The translations under genes and the position numbers were made by a program. DNA of 63,335 nt, the filler included, from Pelomyxa schiedti (taxonomy: Eukaryota; Protista; Evosea): assembly GCA_020536535.1 (NCBI GenBank). It is 10 parts of 10 records of this genome, joined end to end, with 100 filler letters (N's around TTAATTAATTAA, not from the genome) between each part and the next. Parts side by side here need not be neighbours in the genome. Positions count along the whole stretch, not along the records: positions 23,718 to 40,092 come from JAHLWZ010001144.1; positions 40,193 to 49,797 come from JAHLWZ010001292.1; positions 49,898 to 53,794 come from JAHLWZ010001664.1; 7 more parts are not named here. One strand, 5' to 3'. Positions within the stretch are counted from its first letter, which is position 1, and each line of letters opens with the position of its first letter. Below the pieces are notes generated by a model that ran no database searches, was not told the origin of the DNA, and saw only the letters and a program-made list of their open reading frames with translations. Positions 38,451 through 49,950 of this stretch are shown here, in pieces.

Positions 38451-40092
38451 GCATCCAGGCACCAACTGCATTGCACTTTGAGTGCGAAGCCTCTAAATAA
38501 TTCTCAAACAAAGCAACAAGTACGAAGCCCTGGTGCTACCCCTCCCCGTACCAGCCAAACTCCTCCTTCCCCATCACTTCAACCACTCCTGCAGCTGTCA
38601 CCACTCATCAAGCAGTCACAATTTTACAATCAGTACCCTCTCTATCCATGAGGTCTACTTCGCTCGCTTATCAGTGCTCGTCAGAGACCCCTCCAACAAC
38701 AAATATATCCTTCCACGATTACCACAGAACTGCCGAAGTATCCTGCGTACTTCCTTCTCAGTGACACTACCCCACCCTATGTCTGGCTTCTTCCAGAGGT
38801 AACATTGTCTCATTAATCTGGAAAGCTGAAAATTGTATTAAAAATAGGGAGGTGCCACAAATACTATTAAAGCACTGCATGATATTTATGTAATACTTCA
38901 ATATGTACCAACGAATTCCATGTGTGCCTCTGTACAAGCTTTCTTTATTAAGGTAAAGCAAGTTTTTTTTCCCATGTTGTAATGAAAAGAAGATTCCCCC
39001 TAATTTCTCTGTTTTGGATATCGCTCGATCTCATCCGGAGATGTTTACCACAAACTCTTCTATTCCCTTGCTAATTCAGCTGGAAAACGAATTCGTGAGT
39101 ACAACGACTTCTTTTAGAGGGCCTAACTCTAAGAAGGATGGAGATTCCACTGTGCCGGAGTCTGACCCTGCAAAGGCCAATAACCAACACCAGATTGCCG
39201 ATTTGTGTGTGGCTGGTAACTTTGGCTCCCTGGGGGTGTCACATGGTGATTTTTATTTTCTGTGTAAAGATTTATCCCATATGTTCAAATTAACCTAATA
39301 AAGTATGCTTGAGAGAAATATCACGCAATTGCATCAAATCATTATGTTAAAATAAATGAATGGTTTGTTTACTTATGGCAGCATTGTAGTGGAAAGTATG
39401 CACCATTTCCCTTTCCCTCAAGAAAACACAAAAACCTTCTCCGTATCCGCGCTATTTTGTGTTGCCGCCACAACACTTGTGCCCAGCAATTGTTGCCAAA
39501 TATAACACTAATTCTGGATGGCAGGTTTTATGAGTGTTTATCACACAGTAATATATTGTTAGAGTCTCCAACATAAGCCACAAGACGGAACTTGTTCTCA
39601 TTTCGATGACAATACAAACTTGCAAAGTGTGTTATTTCTGGGAGTCTTTATTCCAATAAAGGAACGAATTTAAAGACCGCATAGCAGTATGTGTACTATA
39701 TTTTAGTTTGCTATGCAACGCAATACCGTACAAATTTCACTTAGATATTACACCGGAGGAAAGGCCGTGGACTTGTCGTCACAATGCATCATCTAAAATT
39801 ACAAAGTACCCTTGGCATTCCTTGTATGCAAGTGTGGCAAAGGCAGATTGTTTAGCATCCCTGGGTGGCTCCCGTTCACAGCAAGCGTCAAAACAAGAAA
39901 ACACTCCTTCTTCCATGCCCAGTTCTGATAAGTAAAAAGTGACGTTTCAACGAAAAAAATTTTTTTTTTGATTCTAAACTACAAACAACATTTTTTTTGT
40001 GGGGGCTGGTGAAATGGGGGTGTGTGAAAGAAATCCAATCATTGTGAGAGCACACAGACGGGTGTTCAGAGAGACGGGTGCACCAAAAACCT

Positions 40093-40192
40093 NNNNNNNN
40101 NNNNNNNNNNNNNNNNNNNNNNNNNNNNNNNNNNNNTTAATTAATTAANNNNNNNNNNNNNNNNNNNNNNNNNNNNNNNNNNNNNNNNNNNN
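40093..40192. other. Artificial contig spacer
   Basis: N44-TTAATTAATTAA-N44. Confidence 0.97.
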
Positions 40193-40587
40193 CAAAGCGG
40201 TGCCACTTTGAAATCCCTCCACTTTGTCCAAAGTGTGCACTAGTTAAGCAATTTGGAGGCTCACTTTGGTTCGGATTTGACGCACAAATTGGGAAATTTT
40301 TGGAGTTAGGGTGCTGTGGATGCCCACGACACTTTGGTCTCGACGGCGAGCCAGCGCGCGCACCCCACCACGAACTCGTCCCATAAGTGCCTCACCACCT
40401 GCCCGGAAACCCTCCCGCGGCCTGCCGGGCTCGCCCTCCCGCACCGGGGGTGCGTCGCCATCAGCAGCGCGCCAACTTGGTCCCGCGCGCGGATGCCGGA
40501 CAGGATCTGTGCTCCGTTCCACGGCATCAGTGTCGCTTTGGTTTTCCTTGGTCTCTTCGCCGCCGGGGGTCGCGCGAAGTCACTCAT
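40193..40587 (-). CDS. 'ARDQ-module' family protein, 3'-partial
   Basis: MSDFARPPAAKRPRK..IRARDQVGALLMATHPRCGRASPA..VVRHLWDEFVV. Confidence 0.65.
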
Positions 40588-40772
40588 CGTGTTATTTTTT
40601 TGTTCCCATTTCTCTTTTTCCTGTAATGGAAGAGTGACGATCAAAAAGAAAAGGAATGTGGCATCCAAAGGCTTTCCCCTGCAGCTACCCGACATAGAAC
40701 TTGATCCTGAAAAACCGGCGGTGACAACAGTTCTTATGAAAGAGAAAAGAATAGATTTGATGTTGAATTCCT

Positions 40773-41327
40773 TCAGGTTTTCTCCCCGATTCTGTGGTAC
40801 TTCAAACTCTTCCTCATGTTCACGATTACAGCAGCCAGAACGACACAAACAATGACCAGTGCACCCCCGCATACGAGGCCAACAACCAGCCCCGTTGTTG
40901 CGGGGCTCATGACCTCATTTGGGCAGGCATGCCACTTGCTCTCGGCACAGAATTGCTGGCACTGGCCACAGCACCGCTCCCCATCCCGGCACTGCATGAA
41001 ATCATCGGGGTCCCCGTTGCATGTGTCACAACAGAAGTGACCCTCACTCAAGCAGCTGAAGCAGTACTGCACATCTTGAACTCCACAAGCATCTGCCCCC
41101 GGGCAACACTGGTGTAGTGACGAGACGCCTTCTCCAATGACACACAGCAAACCAGAACCGCAGCACCATTTCTCAGTGGTTCCATTTGTGTACACTGAGT
41201 CAACGCAGGACACATCGCAGCCCTCAAGACCACAGTCACAGCCCTCAGTGGGTTCGGCTACGGTAGCGAAGAAACCACTGTGTTGGCTGAGAACCATGAG
41301 TAGTACAGCTGTCACGAGTAGTGCCAT
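40773..41327 (-). CDS. Cys-rich type I membrane protein A
   Basis: Signal-peptide-like start MALLVTAVLLMVL; ~20 Cys; FCCDTCNGDPDDFMQCRDGERCCGQC; TM GLVVGLVCGGALVIVCVVLAAVIV; short basic tail. Confidence 0.75.
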   Translation of the reverse strand: MALLVTAVLLMVLSQHSGFFATVAEPTEGCDCGLEGCDVSCVDSVYTNGTTEKWCCGSGLLCVIGEGVSSLHQCCPGADACGVQDVQYCFSCLSEGHFCCDTCNGDPDDFMQCRDGERCCGQCQQFCAESKWHACPNEVMSPATTGLVVGLVCGGALVIVCVVLAAVIVNMRKSLKYHRIGEKT

Positions 41328-41521
41328 CGACAACGGGTAATTTCGGTTAGTTTGAAGAAGGATCGATTTACACAGGCACTTTTGCAAAAATGCCGGCTTC
41401 CAAGAAGAAGGTTGTAGAACAGGAAGATGTGATGGTTGTTGTTCTCCCAACAACCACCAACTCCATTCCTAAAACACTCCGTGAGCACGACGATATCTTT
41501 TAAACGAAAATCAGTCTATCT

Positions 41522-42130
41522 TCAACTGTTCTGTAGATCCAACATTACTCTGTAACAATAGCAGGCGCCAGCGACCACCAGCCCAACAATCAAAGCCACC
41601 CCACACACGAGGCCAGCCACGAGCCCAGCCGCGGCGGGGCTGAGGTTCTCGCCGGGGCACGCGTGCCACTTGTTCTCGGCGCACTCCCTGGCGCACTGGC
41701 CGCAGCACCTCTCGCCGTCCCAGCACGGCATCGCGTCGTCCATGTCGCCGTTGCACGTGTCGCAGCAGAACTGGCCGGGCTGCAGGCAGTAGGAGCACAG
41801 GCCGGGGTCGTACCCCCCCATGCCGCAGCAGTCGGCCGCCGCGCAGCACTGCGGCCCGTCTTCCCCGTAGTAGCATCTGTAGCCGTCGGGGCAGCACCAC
41901 GTCGTGGCCGGGTCGGGCCAGTTTGGTTGGTACCAGCACGCCTCCCCACACCCACTCTGGTCATCTGAAGCAGCAGAGGCAGCAGCGGCGCCGGGGTTGA
42001 TTGCGGCGGCGAATGTGCTGGAACTACTTGTGCTGAAGTCGCAGGCGCAGGGGTCGACTAATGCGGCCCTTGCGAGTGAGACCAGTACTGCGCACAACCA
42101 TCCCACAAGTACGACTGTCGGGCGGAACAT
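41522..42130 (-). CDS. Cys-rich type I membrane protein B, tandem paralog of A
   Basis: MFRPTVVLVGWLCAVLVSLARA; FCCDTCNGDMDDAMPCWDGERCCGQC..CAENKWHACP; TM helix. Confidence 0.78.
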   Translation of the reverse strand: MFRPTVVLVGWLCAVLVSLARAALVDPCACDFSTSSSSTFAAAINPGAAAASAASDDQSGCGEACWYQPNWPDPATTWCCPDGYRCYYGEDGPQCCAAADCCGMGGYDPGLCSYCLQPGQFCCDTCNGDMDDAMPCWDGERCCGQCARECAENKWHACPGENLSPAAAGLVAGLVCGVALIVGLVVAGACYCYRVMLDLQNS

Positions 42131-42472
42131 AACTTCCCGTGTGGTGTACAAAAAACCAACAACGTTGGATACGTTAGGCGTTTGATGGATGTTTGATGAG
42201 AAAAGCTAGCAAAACGGCCGATTCAAGAATCTTGATGTCCAAAGCTGTACCTTCCCACTTGGGCCAAATGTGAAAATAGCCCTTAAGGTGCAAAAAGGAT
42301 ATTTACAATGAAATATGGATTTTGTTATTGTTGGATTGTGTTTTCATGCGTGAGATATAAGCTCATTCATGTGTCATGTATCAACAAACATCAAACAAAT
42401 AAACAGATGTGCCCAAGGTCCTGTGCCAGAAGTGAGCATGCGGAACAAAAATAATTAAATAGTTACCTGGTA

Positions 42473-43345
42473 TTATGAGAGGGGTGCCTTTATCACCGAG
42501 CCGCCTTTCCCAACCCCTTGCCAGCTTTCTTCGCCTTGTTGTGCTCTCCATGGTTCATCCCTGTCACTAGAAACGCTGCTGACCATGAAGTCAGGTGAGC
42601 TCCAGAAGTCCTCCGGCAGGCTGCTGATGTACTGTTGTTCATCAGAGAAAGCAGACGGGCCTGTGGGGGGATGCGAATCCTTGATGTACTTGGGTGATGC
42701 CGAACGTTGCGGACCAACTCCATGCTGAGGTAGGGGCTTCGGTGCAGTTGGAGTATGACGCTGGATAGATACTGGTGGGCTTGGTTGTGAAACGGAATGT
42801 GCCTCGTTCATGTTCCCAATATCCACATAAGTTCGTTGATGGAATAAAGGATCGTAAGGTAGCGGTTGCTTGCTTATTATTTGTGCTGAGGAAGGCTGAT
42901 TGTATGCGGGCAATGAAAACTGAGGGGGAGAGGTAGGTCGACGGACTACTACAGAAGGTATAGAGGTAGTTGACACAACCATGGGTCTGAAAGGTATTAG
43001 TATCCCGGGTTTTTTTTTATAAATTCACCTGAAGTCATTCATAGGTAAGGCAGTATTGCATCCCCTGACAGGACAGACAACGAATTCCCTACTTGGGTCC
43101 ATAGGAGCGCCGAGTCTCCGGGTCAACTGCTGACCGATGTGTTTGTACAGGCACTAAAGAGTATAAGATGACAGAAGAACAGGAAAAAGAAAAAAAAGAA
43201 AAAGAACCTCTCGGCAAAAAGAGTGGAGACAAGGCGAGAACGGTCCCACGAAAACTTGCTTGGGACGTGTGCGAGAACAAAGACAACATTGAGCATAAGC
43301 TGTGGTTCTTGTCCGGGGAACAAACGGCGTCGCGTCGGGGTTCAT
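42473..43345 (-). CDS. RING-HC protein with an N-terminal PAM2-like motif and Pro/Ser-rich tail
   Basis: MNPDATPFVP; CCLC..PCLHSFCRE|CLYKHI..VCPVRGC; introns 43154-43207 and 42987-43028 join in frame. Confidence 0.7.
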
Positions 43346-43876
43346 TTGTGGTAGTGTGTAGGCAATCGATCTAGATCCTTGCTGTATGTATCGCGCTTTG
43401 TCGCTCACAAGTCAACACCGGCCGTAATTGCGACACAACAATGTACGTTCCCGCGCTTTGAGAATATTTTGCGAAATCAAAACCACATTTTTGGGATGAA
43501 GATTACGTTGTCAGTCACCTCTGAGGTGACTCCCGCGATTACCTGTATTGAACTGAGAACCGTCCCGAGACCCAGGAGGAAAGATTTGGGAAGGTAAGAA
43601 CAATCAAGCTGCGGGAACTGAATCAGTTGACTTGAACCGTCACGCCAATAAGGATCTGAGAACGTTCTCAAAATGGGAGCTTTTACACTATGTTGATTCC
43701 TTTCCTTTCTTCGGATTAAGTTACCTTGTTTGCTCAACACCATTTAATTTACCCTTCAAACGATGAGTGTCTACTTGCATTTCTTGTGCGGCTGGCATCC
43801 AAGGGCCGGTATTTTGGACACACGCACTAACACTCACTTGGTGTTTTGACTGGGTTGTAAAACAGGAGCGCAGAGC

Positions 43877-44160
43877 TTGATGACCAGAACCAAAGTCTCT
43901 GCTGATATCGGTGTGGGTATCGTGAGGAGTTTGACGGACAACATAGAAAAACGATGTGTGAATTGTGGAGGATATTACACCCAGGCCACAAATGCAAACG
44001 ATGCATGCCGCTATCACCCGGTATCCTTCACTCCTCTTGCCATGTTTTTTTTTTCTGAACTAACATGCACTGAAAGGGGGTATGTCCCAACAATCTCCAA
44101 TCCATGGTTTCATTTGTCTAACTCTTCTCCTGTTTGGTGGTGTTGATTTGATTCAGAACG
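43877..44160 (+). CDS. Exons with a BTK/CHORD-like Zn motif, interrupted by TGA
   Basis: RCVNCGGYYTQATNANDACRYHP|GYVPTISNPWFH..VWWC* (TGA 44144-44146); upstream exons not resolved. Confidence 0.45.
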
Positions 44161-44903
44161 TATGGTTTTTTCTTTTTCCCTTTGTTGGACTAATTTCTGG
44201 TGCAGTGTGTATGTGTTTGATCATTGCGCCTTTTTTTTGACATATTTCCTCGTTCTCTTGATATTCTAACCTCTCTTGGCCGCATACTGCAGGAGGTACG
44301 TCCCAACAATTGTTGTGTCATTGCACTCACGTGAAATTAGACTGTATCCTGGGTGTGTACATGAAGTCCAACCAAACATATTTTCTAATTGAACTTTGTG
44401 CACCGTCTTATTCCACAGTACAATGTATATGCTCAAACCTTCTCTTTTTACTTCAGATAACAATTCCTACGTCACAGGATGTGTGTCCTTTCCACTCTCC
44501 CTTGCTTTTCATGTCTCCGACTGATGGTTGGTTCAAATTGGGTTTCTAATTCCAGGGAGTGCGTTCTACTATCTATCCTCCCTTCCACCACCCCCCACAA
44601 CCAAGCACCAATCATTGCCCAACCAAATAGGACCGTGAGGACCACTGGTCTTGCTGTGGATTCCGAGATGAGCCCTGCACCGTAGGGCGACACGTTTCTG
44701 TTCGGCCGAAAACTGAATCAACCTGACGGTATGTGTTACATACATATTTCCTATTTACATCCCTAATTCTGCGCGCAGACACAATACTGGCACACACCCC
44801 ACCATGAAACTGTGGAGACAACACCAACCCTCGCCATCCCATCTCAAAGGCAGAAAAAAAGTGAATTCTTTTATTATTTCCATCCCCGTAAATTTTGCTG
44901 TCG

Positions 44904-47430
44904 ATGAACGAGGCCATCACCACGGCAGGCAGCCCTACGCCCACGGCCACCCCGAAGCAACGGATCTTGTGGGTGTCGCGCGTGTTGTGGGACCAAGTCG
45001 TCGTGCCGTGGGTCCTCCGACCCGACACCGTCCCTTACGGGGCGGCCCTGGATCCCGAGGTGGTGTCGTGCGTGCTGCGCGTCGGGGAGGCCGCGTTCCC
45101 CCTCGTGGCCCTGTGCTGCCGCGCCGTGGCCCCGCGCCCCGACGCGCCGATGAGGGGGCTGTACAGGACCACCGTGGAGGTCAGCGAGCACTGCCGCGCC
45201 ATCGAGGACGCCGCAGCGGCCAACTGCCCCCGCTGCGTAGCCTGGATAATCGCGCACCACAACAACGATGACGACGACGACGGCGCCGGTGCGGAGCCAG
45301 AGGCTGGCGGGAGCGGGAGGAGGAGGAGGAGGCGTAAGGCCAAAGAGCAGATCGCGGTGATAGTGGGTCTGTGCCGCGGGGGCCACCTGGGCACAGTGAA
45401 GGCGTTTGTTGGGAGGGGTGGGGGGTGCGAGTGCTGGGTGGCGCAGGAGGAGGCCAGCAGGGGCGAGGGGGGCGAGGAGGGGTGCGACGAGGTAAGGAAT
45501 GGCGGGGTGGAACCGCGGCAGAGGAATGTATTCCGGCTGTGGCCCACGCTATCAACGCTGTCGTCGGCGGGAGATACAGAGGAAGCTGTTGTGCCTTTGG
45601 TGTGTGTGGTTTCCTTTCTTTATTAATTGTTCCTCTACTGTTGCGGCAACCTCTAATGTTGAATGTAATTTAGTAGTATTAATTGTTCCGCTACTGTTGC
45701 AAATGTAACAACATTGAACGTTAACGTCAAGTGAAGGGGGCATCACCACTTTGGAACTCCATGGCCACGGCAACTGGCATGGGGAAGGAACCAATCTTAA
45801 GTGAGGAATTCTGGAGTGAAAGGGGAATCATCAGACTCATGACGGAAGTGTGTTCAAAGGGAAACCTGGATGTTCTCAAGTGGATCGTTTCAAGCTTCTT
45901 TCAAATCAACGAAGGCAACAAATTCATGCTGAATCCTTTCGTGCATGAAGCATCTGCGAATGGGCAAATTGATGTGATCAAGTGGTTGGTGGAGACATTT
46001 AATCCTGTGCATAGTGACGAAAATGGAGCTGATTTCGAACCCCGTTACAGTGTTTACGACGTGAAGCGCTTTGTTGAGAGCTTTCCAGAGTGGGACTTTG
46101 ATGGGGGAGCAAGGCTCGCTTGCTCAACAGCAACGTTTCAGGGCCCATCGTCAGCCAATGAAATCATTGAAGTGTGTCAATGGCTCACAGACCGTTTCTC
46201 ACTGACAAGGGGTAATTTTACTGACTGGATGTGGTACAAACCACCCAAACATCCTGAAGTTCTCAAGTGGTTAATTTCTGATGCCACAGAAGAGTCGGAC
46301 TACCTGCATACGATCTGGCATCACTGCAGCTCACTGGACGACGTGGAGCTGTCAAAGTGCTTCGTTGAAAAGGGAATCAAACTCACAGCATATGACTTCA
46401 CGAGAGCTGTCTATAGTAAATCCGACAATCTGGCTTATGTTGAGTGGTTATACAAGCAAGTTTCAGTCAGCAGTGCAGAATTGCTATCTTGTCTCCACAC
46501 GGCATTGATATGTCAAAATGAAGCAAATTTCAAGTGGTTGGAACAGATCTACACCAAAACCACAAATTCAAGACCAAAGTTGTCTCTTGTGAAGCTGACT
46601 GATAGTTGTTACCACACAGGTGAGGGCTGGATTGACTGGGTTCTTGCCCATTCCGGGACCAGTTCCGTTGACTGCAGTGAACCTGAGCTTGCAAAACTTG
46701 TGAAGATTTCTCATCCAGTTACTGTTGCTCTTTCAGCTTGGAAAAAGTTTTCATTGTCACCAAAGACCCACAACGACTCACTTTTACAATTGCTGAAGGC
46801 GGTTATTGAGCATGGGTACTTATCTCAAGTCAAACAAGTTGTGGCCTTTGCCGACTTCCGACCCTCTGAAATAGCCAGTTGCCTCTGTGACGTTCATCAG
46901 TCACATTCGAGCAAGATCGTGAAATGGCTGGTCACAGAGTACACACGAAACATCAGTGATCCCACTGTGATGACAGCCAAGAAGAACTCTGGAAATATGG
47001 CAAGGCTGTTTGCGGCATTGATTCGACTCAACAAACGGGGGTGTCTCAAATGGCTCTTCGACAGGTTTCACTTCACGCTCCCTGAGGTATGAATGTGCAC
47101 ATTCCCCAGCAGAAATTTAATTCATTGATGACTGCCAAGGTACTTGTTGAAGTGCAGGCAGCCAAGGAGCACTTGGGACTCAAAGTGGACTTTGCCACAT
47201 GGAAACTGTTGGTGAGGCTATTCCCAGAAATCAACAGGGATGATGTCACTGAACACTTTATGGATGTTGTAACTGCATCACCACTTCACTCTCAATTCAG
47301 CATCAACAGGCTCGGTGTCACACTCGATGACATTGACCAGTTCTGTCAGGAAAGCGCCTGTGAAAATGAATATGATGAGTTGGACGACACAAGGCATTGG
47401 TTGGACTGGACAACCTGTAACCACCCATAG
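44904..47430 (+). CDS. Ankyrin-like helical-repeat protein of an expanded family
   Basis: Repeated GHL/GNL-x-V-x-KW-L motifs (GHLGTVKAF, GNLDVLKWIV, GQIDVIKWLVETF); GC-rich exon 1, intron ~45600-45730, frame break at ~47087. Confidence 0.7.
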
Positions 47431-47499
47431 CACAATCACAATCACAATCACTTTCCCGTAACAACGGAAAAGAAAAGCAGATCCTTCAACACGAAAAAG

Positions 47500-48451
47500 A
47501 TGGCAGGTACTGAAGCCGCTAAGGTGTGTTGGCTTCAGTAAATTAATTTTGCGTCGTCAAGCTTGCGTTTACAAGTAACTTCGATTTACAACCACGTAAC
47601 CAATGTAGATTGTGATTGTGGGTGACAACGCCGTTGGGAAGGTGGTCCATCTTATTCTATTTCTCAGAAACAAACCTCTTTTCCTTTTCAGACATGCATG
47701 CTCATTTCTTATACAACCGACTCGTTCCCTGAAGAATACGTCCCAACCGTGTTTGTATCTTTCCTTCCAAAAGGATAATAATTACTCACCTCCTCATGTG
47801 ATAACACAAGGATAACTACAACGCTAACATAATGGTTGACGGGCAAGCAATCAACCTCGGATGTGTGTTTTCTCCATGTGTTCTCGTTCCATGAACTAAT
47901 TAATACCTTTTATACCAATAAGTGTGGGACACTGCCGGTCAGGAGGAGTATGACAGACTCAGACCGCTCTCGTACCCAGACACTGATGTACTCTTTTTTT
48001 TCCTGCTTCAAGTACTTTCCGCTATCCAACGAGTAGGTGTTCCTGATTTGCTTTTCTCTCGATTCTGCCGCCTCTCTGGAATCGGTTGTCAACAAATGGG
48101 CACCTGAAGTGAGCCGCTATTGCCCACAGGCTGCAATTCTGCTCGTTGGAACAAAATTGGATCTCAGTGAGTTCTCTTCCACCTCAATTAGTGCCTTATA
48201 ACTTGACCACCACCCCAACCCTCACACAGGATCAGCTGGATCATCCAAGGATCAATCCAAATTGACACCTGACGAAGTTGCCAAGGTGATTGGAGCAAGG
48301 AGTTACCACACTTGCTCGGCACGAACTCAACAAGGTTTCTTTCGCCATTCAGTCATTCACCTTCCGCAACTCGCTCACACAACAATAACACTTTGCAGGT
48401 CTGAACGATGTCTTTAGAGCCGCTGCCCGTGTTTTTCTCAGCAAGCATTAA
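47500..48451 (+). CDS. Rho/Rac-family GTPase 1 (P-loop GDNAVGKT, no CAAX)
   Basis: Eight exons: [11 protein letters not shown]|TCMLISY..YVPTVF|DNY..|[22 protein letters not shown]|..VGTKLDL|..CSAR..|..VFLSKH*. Confidence 0.9.
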
Positions 48452-48500
48452 GGGTTTTTTTCAACGAAAACAAAAGTTGGTTGAAAGGACGCAGGATAAA

Positions 48501-49417
48501 ATGGCAGGGGCCTCTGCCGAAGCGAAGGTGATTGTCCGTTGGTGTGGTTAGGTGCTTTAGTTTTGGCGGTACTCCTTTCCTTTCGTACATGCATTTACCT
48601 ACCACGCAGCTTGTTGTTGTGGGTGACCCTGGTGTCGGGAAGGTATTTTTGTCGCTTTTGTTATTAATCGAAATAAACTGTTTATCCGTCACAAACTTCC
48701 TATGATCAGACGTGCATGTTGGTTTCTTATTCAAGCCACATGTTCCCGGATGCGTATAACCCAACCATCGTTGTGAGTTTCCATTTCAGAAATTCGATTC
48801 CGTCTCACATTGTCGAGGATAATTACTATGTAAATATGATGGTTGATCGGCACGCAGTGACACTTGCAAGTATTTCTCATTGTAATTTCATCACCAAACT
48901 AATTCATTTAAGTGTGGGACTCCACTGGTAACGAGGAATACGACAGAGTCAGACCACTTTCATACCCCCAAACTGATGTAAGGTGTTTTTCCTGACACTT
49001 GCCGATAACCAAAATTAACGGACCAGATATTCCTGATTTGCTTTTCTCTCAATTACGGCACTTCTCTAGAGTCCGTCGTCAACAAATGGGCACCTGAAGT
49101 GAGCCACCATTGCCCCAAGACACCAATTCTGCTCGTTGGAACGAAATCGGATCTCAGTGAGTGCCTCCTCTGCCTTATAACTTGACCACCAACAGGAACA
49201 ACTGCATCAGCCAAGGATCAATCCAAATTGACACCCGAGGGAGTTGCCAAGGTGATTGGAGCAAGGAGTTACCACACTTGCTCGGCACGAACTCGACAAG
49301 GTTTCTTTTGCCATTCAGTCATTCACCTTCCGCAACTCACTCACCACAAAATTGCACTTTGCAGGTCTGAATGATGTTTTCGCAACCGCTGCCCGTGTTG
49401 TTCTCAGCAAGCATTAA
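48501..49417 (+). CDS. Rho/Rac-family GTPase 2 (GDPGVGKT, DSTGN, no CAAX)
   Basis: Same seven intron positions as the upstream paralog; [22 protein letters not shown]; ends VVLSKH*. Confidence 0.88.
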
Positions 49418-49797
49418 GGGTTTTTTTTTTACTTTCCAACCAACAAAACAAAACAAAAAAGTGAGTTGGAAGACAGGCAATGGCAAAATGAACTTTTCCT
49501 GATTTGCGGCACCTCAGATTTGCGCAGCTGACTTTATGATTTATTGTGGAGAACAGCACGGGCTCCCCATAGACTTACCCTAAAAATCATTTTCTCATGA
49601 TTTTGCATTTTCATCACTGTGGCGGTTTTTGAATGAAACAAACTGTTTCATTTAATAAAACGACAATGCGATCGTAATTGTTGGGACTGCCCAAACTTTT
49701 TCGGTGTGCACACGATCAAAAAACGAGCGTTTTTCTGGGAAAACAGTGTGCACACAGTTTGCAGCACGCCAACGGCCAACAGACACACCAATGTGCT

Positions 49798-49897
49798 NNN
49801 NNNNNNNNNNNNNNNNNNNNNNNNNNNNNNNNNNNNNNNNNTTAATTAATTAANNNNNNNNNNNNNNNNNNNNNNNNNNNNNNNNNNNNNNNNNNNN
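49798..49897. other. Artificial contig spacer
   Basis: N44-TTAATTAATTAA-N44. Confidence 0.97.
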
Positions 49898-49950
49898 GGT
49901 GCTATGTGGTGGTGGGTATGAGGATCAATTTCTGACTAGTACGCGCCCAG

